A stretch of 64,000 bases of DNA from the IMG/VR virus record IMGVR_UViG_3300020048_000025. One strand, given 5' to 3'. This document shows, one piece after another, positions 30,661 to 41,089 of this stretch. Both the position numbers and the translations under genes were made by a program. Position 1 is the stretch's first letter; the number at the start of each line of letters is the position of its first letter. The notes under the pieces are model-generated. The model was not told the origin of the DNA. It searched no databases and saw nothing but the letters and a program-made list of their open reading frames with translations. Source of the stretch: an uncultured virus (IMG/VR IMGVR_UViG_3300020048_000025). Its lineage: Duplodnaviria; Heunggongvirae; Uroviricota; Caudoviricetes.

Positions 30661-30756
30661 CCCACCCAGTAAAACGGTTGGGTTTTCAGACAAGATACTT
30701 GTCTACCAAATAGAGGTTACGTATATTCAAGTTGTAAACAAATAAATAAGTTATAT

Positions 30757-31587
30757 ATGAACATTGATGCAATCAAACGCAAATTAGAGGCAATGCAAGC
30801 GCCTAAGTCATCATCAAAAGGTGGTGAAAAAAACTACCCGGAAAAATTTAAACCAACAATCGGTAAACAATCTATTCGTGTAGTACCATTCAAATTCAAC
30901 AAAGAGAACCCATTCACTGAGTTGAAATTCTACTACAACATCGGCAGTAAAAAAGTAATCGCATCACCATTAAATTGGGGTGAAAAAGATCCAATCGCTG
31001 AGTTCGCAAAACAATTGAGAGGCACAAACGACAAAGAAAACTGGCGTTTAGCGAAAAAACTTGACCCAAAAGTTCGTATCCAAGTTCCAATCATTGTACG
31101 CGGTGCAGAGGAAGAAGGAGTGAAAATGTGGGAGTTCGGTAAAGAAATCTACGAAGCGTTCTTGCAATTAGCAGCAGACGAGGAAGTAGGTGACTTCACA
31201 GACATCATGGTTGGTAGAGATATCAAATTAAACACAGTAGGACCAGACGTAACTGGAACAGCATACAACAAAACAACTATTTCAGTTGCAATCAAAACAT
31301 CACCATTATACGATGACGAGGCTGTAATTGAGCGTATATTGGAAGAACAGAAAAATCCATTAGACACATACAAACCACTTCCATTTGACGAAATCAAAGC
31401 AGCATTGCAAGAATGGCTAGCTCCAGTGGGCGAAGAAGACGAAGACAGCATCACATTCACAACTGAAACGAAATCTGAACCGAAATCAAACTACAGCGTT
31501 TCCACTAAACCTGCCGCTAAAACAACCAAAGCAGACAAATTCGACGAATTGTTTGGTGATGATGAAGACGACGATATGCCGTTCTAA
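30757..31587 (+). CDS. Single-stranded DNA-binding protein (T4 gp32-like)
   Basis: KPTIGKQSIRVVP, DPIAEF, GVKMWEFGK and an acidic DDEDDDMPF tail. Confidence 0.8.
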   Translation: MNIDAIKRKLEAMQAPKSSSKGGEKNYPEKFKPTIGKQSIRVVPFKFNKENPFTELKFYYNIGSKKVIASPLNWGEKDPIAEFAKQLRGTNDKENWRLAKKLDPKVRIQVPIIVRGAEEEGVKMWEFGKEIYEAFLQLAADEEVGDFTDIMVGRDIKLNTVGPDVTGTAYNKTTISVAIKTSPLYDDEAVIERILEEQKNPLDTYKPLPFDEIKAALQEWLAPVGEEDEDSITFTTETKSEPKSNYSVSTKPAAKTTKADKFDELFGDDEDDDMPF

Positions 31588-31624
31588 TTCACACACAAAA
31601 TTATTTACTACTTAAAATAAAGTT

Positions 31625-32719
31625 ATGGCTAAAGGAAGAAAATCATTGTCAGCAGCCGCTGACGAAGCAATCAAATCAAGTTTTAGTTTAGACAAATTTA
31701 AGCAAAGTAAAGGATTGGCATCCAACGTAAAGTTCAAGGAACAACGTTGGATTCCTTTTTCTCCCGCTTTGCAAGACGCATTGTCTATTCCTGGATGTCC
31801 TATGGGGCATGTAACTATCGCTCGTGGGCGATCCGATTCTGGTAAAACCACATTAATGATTGAGCTTGCAATTGAGGCACAGAAGATGAACATACTTCCG
31901 GTATTCATTATCACTGAAATGAAGTGGGACTTTCTGCATGCCGAGAAGATGGGTTTCAAATTAACCAAAAACATCGACCCTGAAGACCCGGACAACATAG
32001 ACTACGAAGGGTTTTTTATTTACGTTGACCGCAGTACATTAAACACAATTGAAGATGTAGCAGCATTTATAGCAGATATACTTCAATCACAAAAGAAAGG
32101 CGACTTACCATTCGATCTACTATTTTTGTGGGATTCAGTTGGATCTATTCCATGTGAAATGTCAGTAAACGCAAACAAAAATAACCCACAGTGGAATGCT
32201 GGAGCGATGGCTACTCAATTCGGTAATTTCATCAACCAGAAATTCCCTATGTCACGTAAAGTTAGCTACCCATACACGAATACATTCTTTGTGGTAAATA
32301 AAGTGGGAGTACAACCGGCAGCAACACCAATGTCTCAACCAAAAATGACCAACAAGGGAGGCGACGCTATGTACTGGGATGCATCATTAGTAATTACATT
32401 CGGAAATGTAACCAACAGTGGTACCTCAAAAATCAAAGCAGTCAAAAACAAGAAAAATGTTGAATTTGCTAAACGAACCAAAATCGCAATAGACAAAATC
32501 CACTTAAGCGATGGAGTTTGCACCCAATCAACGGTAATAGTTACCCCACACGGCTTTATCCCAGACACTGACACTGCAATTAAAAACTACAAATCATCAT
32601 ACTCAAACGAATGGTTCCAGGATGCTAATGGTGAAATAGACATAGTTGAAGACAATTCAGAATGGACTGAAAAACAAGACAGCTACCCAACCCCAGACGA
32701 AATTGATGCAATAATTTAA
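31625..32719 (+). CDS. recA: RecA/UvsX-like recombinase
   Basis: Walker A GRSDSGKTT; Walker B LFLWDSVG; KGGDAMY. Confidence 0.85.
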   Translation: MAKGRKSLSAAADEAIKSSFSLDKFKQSKGLASNVKFKEQRWIPFSPALQDALSIPGCPMGHVTIARGRSDSGKTTLMIELAIEAQKMNILPVFIITEMKWDFLHAEKMGFKLTKNIDPEDPDNIDYEGFFIYVDRSTLNTIEDVAAFIADILQSQKKGDLPFDLLFLWDSVGSIPCEMSVNANKNNPQWNAGAMATQFGNFINQKFPMSRKVSYPYTNTFFVVNKVGVQPAATPMSQPKMTNKGGDAMYWDASLVITFGNVTNSGTSKIKAVKNKKNVEFAKRTKIAIDKIHLSDGVCTQSTVIVTPHGFIPDTDTAIKNYKSSYSNEWFQDANGEIDIVEDNSEWTEKQDSYPTPDEIDAII

Positions 32720-32725
32720 CTTAAC

Positions 32726-32920
32726 ATGGAAAATTTAGACGAAGCAATGAACGAATACCTCAAACGAAACCCACCTGGGTCTCGTGAGGAGCGTAAACGA
32801 ATGAGAAAATTAGCAGGTATAAACGAATCTACACCTAGCCCTAAAGTAAAGGAGGCAGTAGATGCATTTAAACAAGCCATTGAACAAATCAAAACTAATT
32901 TAGATGGAAGAAGAAAGTGA
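32726..32920 (+). CDS. Hypothetical protein
   Basis: 64-aa ORF containing RMRKLAGINE. Confidence 0.55.
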   Translation: MENLDEAMNEYLKRNPPGSREERKRMRKLAGINESTPSPKVKEAVDAFKQAIEQIKTNLDGRRK

Positions 32921-33134
32921 CTACCAATGGTTAGCTTCTCGAGTTAATCAAGCATTGAATTATTTGAAAGAACATTCATCTGAATCATATGATATTTTAA
33001 AGGAATATATTGATGTTTACTTTATCCCTATATTAAACGGTGATTTGGATTTGAATGAAGAAGACGAATACTTTGACTTAATGGATTCCATCCTAGACGA
33101 ATTTGAAGAACAATACCCAGAAATATTCAATTAA
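32904..33134 (+). CDS. Acidic hypothetical protein
   Basis: 76-aa D/E-rich ORF overlapping the previous gene. Confidence 0.55.
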   Translation: MEEESDYQWLASRVNQALNYLKEHSSESYDILKEYIDVYFIPILNGDLDLNEEDEYFDLMDSILDEFEEQYPEIFN

Positions 33135-33145
33135 CCCATAAACCA

Positions 33146-34171
33146 ATGAAGAAAAACCTACTCAACTTACTAGACAATATCCAGGAAAACCAGGACACAC
33201 CAACCGGTGAACGCTACATGCTAATAGATTCCTTAAATCTTTTCTTCCGCAACTTTTCAGCCATCAACGCAGTTAATTCAAACGGGGCCCACATAGGTGG
33301 GTTGGGTGGGTTTTTTCGCTCATTGGGCGCGTTAATACGCCAAATACAACCAACACAAGTAATCATGGTGTTTGATGGCATTGGCTCATCCACATCACGT
33401 AAAAACATCATCCCCGAATACAAATCGGGGAGAAATGTTACCCGTGTAACCAAACATGAACTGTTCGACAACATAGACGACGAGGACGAATCCAAAATAG
33501 GACAAATCGTTCGCATCATCCAATACTTGAAAACGTTGCCCGTGAAAACAATCACTTTGGGTAATGTAGAAGCGGATGATGTTATCGCATATTTAGCGAA
33601 TACATTGCCTGTAAACGAGAACGATCGTGTATTCATAGTATCTAGCGACAAAGACTATTTGCAATTGATTACGCGCCAAGTAATCGTTTATCGTCCTGTT
33701 GAGCGTGAATTCTACACTGAAGAAACAGTGCGCGAAAAATTCAACCTGGACCCACACAACTTCATATTGTACAAAACACTACTGGGTGATGCCTCGGATG
33801 CACTACCGGGCATTAAGGGACTGGGTGCTGGAAAATTATTCAAGTTATTCCCAGAGCTATCCACTCAGCAACTCACATTCGAAAACATACTCGAGATAAG
33901 CGAGAAAAAAATGAGCGAGCACGTAATTTACGCAAGAGTATTGCACGACATACAATTGCTCGAAAACAAATACAAAATCATGGATTTATCCAACCCCATG
34001 ATGAGCGACCAAGACAAACTAGACGTTGACCATTTAATCAAACACACCCCACTTGAATACCACCCAGAGGCATTCGTGGAGTTATACAACGAGGACCAGT
34101 TGGGTGGTTTAATCAGAAACGTAGAATATTGGATTCGCGATACCTTCAAAGATTTGTTGGTAACCCAATAG
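33146..34171 (+). CDS. 5'-3' exonuclease/flap endonuclease (PolI N-terminal, T4 RNase H-like)
   Basis: LIDSLN, VFDG, EYKSGR, EADDVI, SSDKDYLQL and GDASD..PGIKGLG. Confidence 0.92.
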   Translation: MKKNLLNLLDNIQENQDTPTGERYMLIDSLNLFFRNFSAINAVNSNGAHIGGLGGFFRSLGALIRQIQPTQVIMVFDGIGSSTSRKNIIPEYKSGRNVTRVTKHELFDNIDDEDESKIGQIVRIIQYLKTLPVKTITLGNVEADDVIAYLANTLPVNENDRVFIVSSDKDYLQLITRQVIVYRPVEREFYTEETVREKFNLDPHNFILYKTLLGDASDALPGIKGLGAGKLFKLFPELSTQQLTFENILEISEKKMSEHVIYARVLHDIQLLENKYKIMDLSNPMMSDQDKLDVDHLIKHTPLEYHPEAFVELYNEDQLGGLIRNVEYWIRDTFKDLLVTQ

Positions 34172-34209
34172 ATAATTCATACATTTAATACAAATAAAAG
34201 TTATAAACT

Positions 34210-35574
34210 ATGGCAGCACTCCAATCAATGGAAGAGTATGGTGTACCTTTTCAAATGAAGGTTATCTCATCGCTACTCAACCACAAAGAATTCTTGCAAA
34301 ATATACACGATGTGCTCACCGAAGAACACTTTTCGAACCCGGCACACAAATGGATAATTAGCGAAATACTAAAGTACTACAGTCGATTTCACACAACCAT
34401 TTCAATGGATATGATTAAGGTTGAAATGAAAAAACTCGACAACGAGGTACTCAAAGTGTCCATCCGTGAACAGTTACGTGAAGCGTACAAAACAGATGTA
34501 TCTGATTTGCCTTACGTGCAAGAGGAATTCAGCACATTCTGCAAAAACCAGCAACTTAAAAAAGCATTATTGTCCAGTGTGGATTTACTTAAAGCAGGTG
34601 ACTACGAGTCAATCAAATACATGATTGAATCAGCCATGAAAGCGGGACAAGACAAGAACATTGGTCACGAATACAAACGTGACACTGAATCGAGGTACCG
34701 CGAAGACCATAGAAAAACCGTACCTACACCATGGGAACAAATCAACGAGCTAATCCAAGGTGGAATAGGCAACGGCGATCTTGGACTTATATTTGGTGGC
34801 CCAGGTGGTGGTAAATCATGGACATTAGTGGCAATGGGTGGATTGGCAGTGAAAATGGGATACAACGTTATCCACTATACACTGGAGTTAAGTGAAGCAT
34901 ATACCGGTAGACGATACGATGCATTTTTCACCAATGTTGACGTTGACCAATTGGACAAAAGCAAGGAAAAAGTGGAGGAAATTACCTCGCAACTACCGGG
35001 CGAATTAATCATCCGTGAATTTGCAATGGGAAAAACAACCATATCTACCATTGAGTCACACATCAACAAAGTGAGGGAAATGGGAATCGAGCCCGATTTA
35101 ATCATCATTGACTACTTAGATCTACTTGCGAGTAAAAAACGAAACACGGATACTAAAGGCGAAATAGACGATATTTATACTAGCGCGAAAGGCCTTGCTC
35201 GCCAATTGAACCTACCAATTTGGTCGGTTTCGCAGGTGAACAGAGCCGGAGCAAAAGATAGCGTTATTGAAGGCGACAAAGCAGCAGGTAGTTATGCAAA
35301 AATGGCAGTAGCCGATTTATGTATGTCACTATCCAGAAAAAAAGAAGACAAAGTAAACGGTACCGGACGATTGCACATCATGAAAAACAGATATGGTGGT
35401 GATGGTATGACTTACGAAGTGGATATAAACACAAAAACCGGACATATAGTAATCGGAGACGCGTACGATGAGGAAGCAGATACACAACCTGCCAGACAGA
35501 GTCGCAAATTTGAGGACTTTGACAATTTAGACAAACAATTATTGAAAGAAAAATTTTTCGAATTAAACACATAA
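34210..35574 (+). CDS. dnaB: Replicative DNA helicase (DnaB/T4 gp41 family)
   Basis: GGPGGGKS, TLELSE, IIIDYLDL, SQVNR and KNRYG. Confidence 0.92.
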   Translation: MAALQSMEEYGVPFQMKVISSLLNHKEFLQNIHDVLTEEHFSNPAHKWIISEILKYYSRFHTTISMDMIKVEMKKLDNEVLKVSIREQLREAYKTDVSDLPYVQEEFSTFCKNQQLKKALLSSVDLLKAGDYESIKYMIESAMKAGQDKNIGHEYKRDTESRYREDHRKTVPTPWEQINELIQGGIGNGDLGLIFGGPGGGKSWTLVAMGGLAVKMGYNVIHYTLELSEAYTGRRYDAFFTNVDVDQLDKSKEKVEEITSQLPGELIIREFAMGKTTISTIESHINKVREMGIEPDLIIIDYLDLLASKKRNTDTKGEIDDIYTSAKGLARQLNLPIWSVSQVNRAGAKDSVIEGDKAAGSYAKMAVADLCMSLSRKKEDKVNGTGRLHIMKNRYGGDGMTYEVDINTKTGHIVIGDAYDEEADTQPARQSRKFEDFDNLDKQLLKEKFFELNT

Positions 35575-35578
35575 AATC

Positions 35579-36532
35579 ATGGCATTAACAGAACCACGTT
35601 TACATTACAAACCATTTGAATATCCACAGGCGTTTGAATTCTACAAAGACCAGCATCGTGTGCATTGGCTTGCTGACGAGATTCCTTTAGCATCTGATTT
35701 AGCAGACTGGAAGGGCAAGTTAACCGAAAGTGAAAGAAATTTAGTGGGCAACATATTGAAATCGTTCGCTCAAACCGAAGTACACGTGAATGACTACTGG
35801 TCAACTAAGGTGTCAGCATGGTTCCCGAAACCTGAAATTCAAGCAGCAGCTCGCGCATGTGCTGATTTCGAGTCGATACACGCTGAGAGCTATTTTCGCT
35901 TGAACGAGGAACTTGGCCTTGACAACATACTGGAATTCATGGAAGATCCTGCTACCGCAGGGAAATTGGAGCGACTAATTGAAACACCAGGCGATACATT
36001 AGAGGAAAGAGCATTGTCGCTAGCTATATTTTCAGCATTCACTGAAGGTGTAAACCTATTCTCATCGTTCGCTATATTGATGTCATTCCAGTTGCGTAAC
36101 TTAATGAAAGGAACTGGACAGATCGTGGAATATTCAGTACGTGATGAATCGTTACATTCACGATTTGGATGTTGGTTATTCAGAATATTGATCGATGAAA
36201 ACCCAGAACTTGGTACACCAAAATTCGCACAAGCGATATATGAAGCATGTGACTTGTCTGTACAGTTGGAATTCAATTTCATCGACAAAGCATTTGAAAT
36301 GGGTGATATTGAGGGGCTATCGACAGCACAATTGAAAAATTTCATCAAAGAACGCGCCAACCAAAAATTGGTTGAACTTGGGTACAATCGTTTATACAAC
36401 GATATTGATCCTAACCTATTGAAACAAATGGAATGGTTCGGACATTTAACTAGTGGTAAAAGTCACACCGATTTCTTTAGCACCCGCGTAACTGACTACT
36501 CCAAATCAACTGCAGACTGGAGCGACTTGTAA
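35579..36532 (+). CDS. nrdB: Ribonucleotide reductase class Ia beta subunit
   Basis: W...EIPL..D, ESIH..SY, EGVNLFSSF, RDESLH and DFF. Confidence 0.95.
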   Translation: MALTEPRLHYKPFEYPQAFEFYKDQHRVHWLADEIPLASDLADWKGKLTESERNLVGNILKSFAQTEVHVNDYWSTKVSAWFPKPEIQAAARACADFESIHAESYFRLNEELGLDNILEFMEDPATAGKLERLIETPGDTLEERALSLAIFSAFTEGVNLFSSFAILMSFQLRNLMKGTGQIVEYSVRDESLHSRFGCWLFRILIDENPELGTPKFAQAIYEACDLSVQLEFNFIDKAFEMGDIEGLSTAQLKNFIKERANQKLVELGYNRLYNDIDPNLLKQMEWFGHLTSGKSHTDFFSTRVTDYSKSTADWSDL

Positions 36533-36536
36533 AATA

Positions 36537-36680
36537 ATGGACGAGAACATAATATATAAAATAGAAATACTTCAACTTATTGAATCAAAATATGACATTG
36601 AAATACAAGACGAACATGTTGAAAACATATTAACTATTCAAGATTTAATTGAATTTATCAAACAAAACAAACACATATGA
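36537..36680 (+). CDS. 47-aa acyl-carrier-protein-like peptide (not in the ORF track)
   Basis: MDENIIYKIEILQLIESKYDIEIQDEHVENILTIQDLIEFIKQNKHI; fills the nrdB-nrdA gap and overlaps the nrdA start (ATGA). Confidence 0.65.
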   Translation: MDENIIYKIEILQLIESKYDIEIQDEHVENILTIQDLIEFIKQNKHI

Positions 36681-38404
36681 GCAAAATAAACGTAGATACA
36701 TCAAATTGGGTAAAACACAAAGACTATCCACACTGGATGAACTCGATTGGCATGGCCACTATCTCACAAGGTTACTTATTGCCACACGAGAATGTATTCA
36801 AAGCATTTACACGTGTATCTAAAGCAGCATCCCGTCGCCTTAAACGCAAAGACTTACAACAATACTTTTACGAGGCGATGGAAAAAAATTGGCTTTGCCT
36901 AGCATCACCAGTGCTATCCAATTTAGGCACTGAGCGTGGTATGCCTATTTCATGTTTCGGTATTGATGTGCACGATTCAATCGATGGTATTGCCAATTCA
37001 AACGCAGAACTAATGCGCTTGAGCGCATCTGGTGGTGGTGTAGGTATAGGCGTATCCCATATTCGCGGACGTGGTAAAGAAATCACTGGAAATGGTGTGA
37101 GCGAGGGTGTTGTTCCATGGTGCAAAATATTCGACTCAACGATATTGGCCACAAACCAAGGCTCCGTTAGACGTGGTGCTGCATCAGTTAACCTATCAAT
37201 TAACCATCCAGATATCGAGGAATTTCTGGGCATCAGACGACCAAAGGGAGACGTAAACAGACAGTGCTTGAACTTGCACCAGTGTGTTGTAATTGACGAT
37301 GATTTCATGAACCGATTAGAGGCAAAAGATCCGCACGCGCAGAAATTGTGGGGGGAAATTTTGAAAACACGCTTGGAAACAGGTGAACCGTATATCATGT
37401 TCGAAGACAATGTGAACAATGCTAACCCGGAAGCGTACAAAAACCTTGGGTTTAACGTAACAATGACCAATATATGCTCAGAAATCGTATTGAAAACAGA
37501 TGAACTTCACTCATTCATCTGCTGTTTATCGTCACTTAATTTAGCGAGATGGGACGAATGGAGCGAATACAAATTTGCAAACGGAATGGATTTACCTGAG
37601 CTTGCATGTTGGTTTTTGGAGGGTGTATTGCAAGAATTCATCGACCGTTCGAAAAACGTCAAACTGATGGAAAACACATACCGCTCCGCAGTGAAAGGTA
37701 GAGCAATTGGTATTGGCGTGTTGGGATGGCATACATTCCTACAAGAACACAACATTCCATTTGCTGGTTTGCAAGCAAATTCATACACACGTTTAATGTT
37801 CGACAAAATCGAAAAAGGTGCACTACGCGCATCTCGTGAACAAGCCGAACTATATGGCGAACCGGAATGGTGTAAAGGAACAGGTTTGCGCCACACTCAC
37901 CACATCGCTATTGCACCAACTGTATCGAACGCAAACATTTCTGGTGGTGTATCGGCATCAATTGAGCCAATCCCAGCAAATATATTCAACCTCAAAACAG
38001 CAAAGGGCACGTTCATCAAGAAAAACCCGGTACTCGAGCGCGTGTTGGAGGCAAAAGGCTACAATATTGACAGCGTTTGGAAACAAATCCAGGAAGACAA
38101 AGGAAGCGTACTTAACTTACCCGACTATATATTATCGGCGGAAGAAAAGGAGGTGTTCTTGACATTCAAGGAAATCAACCCATACGAGATAGTTAGACAG
38201 AACGGTATCCGTCAAAAATACGTTGACCAAGCCATATCACTTAACCTTATGTTCGATCCGAACACACCACCAAAGGTAATCAGCGAAGTGCACAAGTTAG
38301 CGTGGCGTGAGGGAATCAAATGTTTGTACTATATGCGCAGTGAAAGCTCGTTGCGAGGCGACAGTATATCAACAGACAATGAATGTATCAGCTGCCACGC
38401 ATAG
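36677..38404 (+). CDS. nrdA: Ribonucleotide reductase class Ia alpha subunit (short, no ATP cone)
   Basis: SPVLSN, PISCF, GGGVG, TNICSEI, APTVS, DQAISLN, LYY and C-terminal CISC. Confidence 0.95.
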   Translation: MSKINVDTSNWVKHKDYPHWMNSIGMATISQGYLLPHENVFKAFTRVSKAASRRLKRKDLQQYFYEAMEKNWLCLASPVLSNLGTERGMPISCFGIDVHDSIDGIANSNAELMRLSASGGGVGIGVSHIRGRGKEITGNGVSEGVVPWCKIFDSTILATNQGSVRRGAASVNLSINHPDIEEFLGIRRPKGDVNRQCLNLHQCVVIDDDFMNRLEAKDPHAQKLWGEILKTRLETGEPYIMFEDNVNNANPEAYKNLGFNVTMTNICSEIVLKTDELHSFICCLSSLNLARWDEWSEYKFANGMDLPELACWFLEGVLQEFIDRSKNVKLMENTYRSAVKGRAIGIGVLGWHTFLQEHNIPFAGLQANSYTRLMFDKIEKGALRASREQAELYGEPEWCKGTGLRHTHHIAIAPTVSNANISGGVSASIEPIPANIFNLKTAKGTFIKKNPVLERVLEAKGYNIDSVWKQIQEDKGSVLNLPDYILSAEEKEVFLTFKEINPYEIVRQNGIRQKYVDQAISLNLMFDPNTPPKVISEVHKLAWREGIKCLYYMRSESSLRGDSISTDNECISCHA

Positions 38405-38427
38405 TTGATATGCAATGTAAAAGAATT

Positions 38428-38458
38428 TAGCCACTTTATTTCAGGTGGCTATTTTTTT
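38428..38458 (+). terminator. Rho-independent terminator
   Basis: TAGCCACT...GGTGGCTA plus a T run after nrdA. Confidence 0.75.
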
Positions 38459-38505
38459 GCTTTTGCGACATATGTATGATAGTAATAACTTTAAACATTT
38501 AACTT

Positions 38506-39306
38506 ATGAACATTTACGGACGAGTTGGTTGGAGAACCGCTGCTGTAGCACCCTCAGTAGACGACGCCCAAGCATTCATATTGGCTGCTGGAATAACCGA
38601 TCCAACTCAACAATCAGCAATTACCACACTGGTATCTCAATTGAAAACCTACGGTATCTGGGGTAAAATGAAAGCAATTTACCCATTCGTGGGAGGTAGC
38701 GCATCATCTCATAAATTCAACCTAAAAGATCCACGCGACTTAGATGCAGCGTTTAGATTAACTTTCTTTGGGGGTTGGACACACAGCTCAACTGGTGCTA
38801 AACCAAATGGAACAACTGGATATGCAAATACATTATTCCAACCATCAATATCATCTACTTTAAATTCACATGGTATAGGTTATTATGCTACTGAAAACAC
38901 GACTAATCTAGGCGACCCTATTCAAATGGGTGCTAATAATTCGGGCACACAATCATTAATTTTAGCTTCTAAAAACACAACTATGTTTGGTGCTGCTGAC
39001 GGAACAAACATCAGTGGTGCTATCAGTGGTGGTGCTGGGTTATTTTCAGTACATAGAACCTCATCTACAGTTACAACAATATATAAAAATGCGGCATTAA
39101 TAAATTCGGGCAATAGTGGGGGGTCATTACCTATTGCTATGATTTACATAGGTAATATTTCAGTAAATTACATTCCTTACAGCTCTGGTTATGTCAATAG
39201 TGAATTTAGATTATCATATATTTCCGATGGTTTAACAGACGCAGAAGCAGCTAACTTCTACACAGCAGTTCAAGCATACCAAACCACTCTTGGCAGAGCA
39301 GTATAA
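38506..39306 (+). CDS. Variable virion-associated protein, cassette copy 2
   Basis: Paralogue of the 5219 ORF with a divergent middle. Confidence 0.65.
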   Translation: MNIYGRVGWRTAAVAPSVDDAQAFILAAGITDPTQQSAITTLVSQLKTYGIWGKMKAIYPFVGGSASSHKFNLKDPRDLDAAFRLTFFGGWTHSSTGAKPNGTTGYANTLFQPSISSTLNSHGIGYYATENTTNLGDPIQMGANNSGTQSLILASKNTTMFGAADGTNISGAISGGAGLFSVHRTSSTVTTIYKNAALINSGNSGGSLPIAMIYIGNISVNYIPYSSGYVNSEFRLSYISDGLTDAEAANFYTAVQAYQTTLGRAV

Positions 39307-39326
39307 CCCACTAAACATACTACAAA

Positions 39327-39542
39327 ATGAAAGTAAGACAATTAACCGAAGAACAAAAAGACCAATTAGTTGGACAAACATACGATGGCGTACAATTCTT
39401 TAACCCTACTTTGGATGCAGATGGTAACTGGTTTATTTCGAATGAAGAGGTAAACAACTGCACACACGCAGGTGTAAACGAATGGATACACGAATTACCA
39501 GAAATTGACTACAATCCAGTGGTAAGTGAATTGCCATTCTAA
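39327..39542 (+). CDS. 71-aa cassette partner, copy 2
   Basis: Near-identical to the 6056 ORF. Confidence 0.75.
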   Translation: MKVRQLTEEQKDQLVGQTYDGVQFFNPTLDADGNWFISNEEVNNCTHAGVNEWIHELPEIDYNPVVSELPF

Positions 39543-39622
39543 TTCATTTTCAATTCCCCATCAAATAGCCACCCCTCAAAAGGTGGCTTTCTCTCTGTAT
39601 ATTTATTTACAAACAACCAACC

Positions 39623-39832
39623 ATGAAAAAACTACTAAAAAATTACTGGGCACCAACACCAAAAAAATGGCGTAAACTTGGTGACGCATTGTTAACCGTA
39701 AGCACAACAATCACTGGTTTTTCAATTGCCATGGACCACAAAACACTTGCATATACAGCACTTATATGCGGTATATTAGGTAAAGTAATCACTAATTTAT
39801 TCACTGAAACTCAACAAACTGAAAACATATGA
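39623..39832 (+). CDS. Putative holin
   Basis: 69 aa, basic N-terminus, two hydrophobic segments, directly upstream of cell-wall enzymes. Confidence 0.6.
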   Translation: MKKLLKNYWAPTPKKWRKLGDALLTVSTTITGFSIAMDHKTLAYTALICGILGKVITNLFTETQQTENI

Positions 39833-40413
39833 GCAACGTACGTAACTACACAGACAAAGAAATACTAGACCGCATCAAGTCACTTTCATCCTTCAAAACC
39901 ATACCAACCAAAAAATTCATTGTTGGCTTCCGCTCAAACGAGGATGCACCAAACAAATTCGACGACAAATTCTATATGTTCGAAGGTGAAAAATTCATCG
40001 ATGTAGTAACAGGCACAACCAACCCAGGTACACCTGTGTTACAGGGTGGATACTTGAAATACAACAAAGTGGGAGCCGCTGTAGTGAAAGCAGACATGTG
40101 GTACTACGATGTATGGGCGTATGGTTTGCATATGGGCAAGATGCCAGCACTTAGACAAGTTGCACCAATCACTGTATATCGCGATGGCGACAAAGATGGC
40201 AAATCGGAGGAAATCGGTGCACCAATCACAGGACTGTACGGTATTAACTTCCATGCAGCAACATACAACAATGCATTCACTGGATTGCAAGAAAACATTG
40301 GCGAATGGTCAGCAGGATGCCAGGTGGTAAACGATAAGCAGAAACACTTGAAGTGGATCGAAATGTTGAAAACACAATCCCGTGTAAGTTATGTATTGTT
40401 GAACGAATTTTAA
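39829..40413 (+). CDS. Putative peptidoglycan-active enzyme (L,D-transpeptidase-like fold)
   Basis: GINFH...WSAGCQV His/Cys motif. Confidence 0.55.
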   Translation: MSNVRNYTDKEILDRIKSLSSFKTIPTKKFIVGFRSNEDAPNKFDDKFYMFEGEKFIDVVTGTTNPGTPVLQGGYLKYNKVGAAVVKADMWYYDVWAYGLHMGKMPALRQVAPITVYRDGDKDGKSEEIGAPITGLYGINFHAATYNNAFTGLQENIGEWSAGCQVVNDKQKHLKWIEMLKTQSRVSYVLLNEF

Positions 40414-40422
40414 TACAATAAC

Positions 40423-41052
40423 ATGAGCCTTAAAGCACTACAAGAGAAAATAGGGGTGTTGGCCGATGGTAATTTCGGACCGAAAACACTTAAAGCAGCC
40501 GCTGCATACTTCAAATTCACACCCGAACGTGCTGCACATTTCTTCGGGCAAGTTGCAACCGAAACAGGTAACTTTGCAGCATTTAGCGAGAACTTAAACT
40601 ACTCAGCAGATGGACTGCAACGCATATTTGGCAAATATTTTCCAGGCGATCTAGAAAAACAATACGCTAGACAACCAGAGAAAATAGCCAATCGTGTATA
40701 CGGTAGCAGAATGGGCAACGGTCCGGAGGCAAGCGGAGACGGGTGGAAATACCGTGGAAGAGGTGCTGTGCAATTGACAGGTAAATCAAACTACCAAACA
40801 TTCGCAACGTACTTGAAAAACGCGGAAATCATGAACAACCCAAATTTGGTTGCCACTACATATGCATTTGAATCAGCTATATTTTTCTTTGAGCGAAACA
40901 AATTGTGGCAATACACAGTGAAAGTAGACCATCCATCTATACTCAAACTATCCCGTTCCATTAACCTAGGCAACGCTAACTCAACAGCGACACCCCATGG
41001 GCTAGATAGCCGCATCAAATTCACAGAACAATTTTATTCTTGGTTGAAATAA
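40423..41052 (+). CDS. Endolysin, glycoside hydrolase family 19, with N-terminal peptidoglycan-binding segment
   Basis: LQEKIG..ADGNFGPKT; AHFFGQ..TETG; ENLNYS; DGWKYRGRGAVQLTGKSNY. Confidence 0.9.
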   Translation: MSLKALQEKIGVLADGNFGPKTLKAAAAYFKFTPERAAHFFGQVATETGNFAAFSENLNYSADGLQRIFGKYFPGDLEKQYARQPEKIANRVYGSRMGNGPEASGDGWKYRGRGAVQLTGKSNYQTFATYLKNAEIMNNPNLVATTYAFESAIFFFERNKLWQYTVKVDHPSILKLSRSINLGNANSTATPHGLDSRIKFTEQFYSWLK

Positions 41053-41089
41053 TTTGGAGCCCCGCAATTTTTTCCATACATTTATGCCC

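Noticed and set aside
35579..38404. Introns or inteins in nrdA/nrdB (also checked helicase and recA)
   Set aside because: ORFs are continuous, of normal or short length, and show no intein motifs
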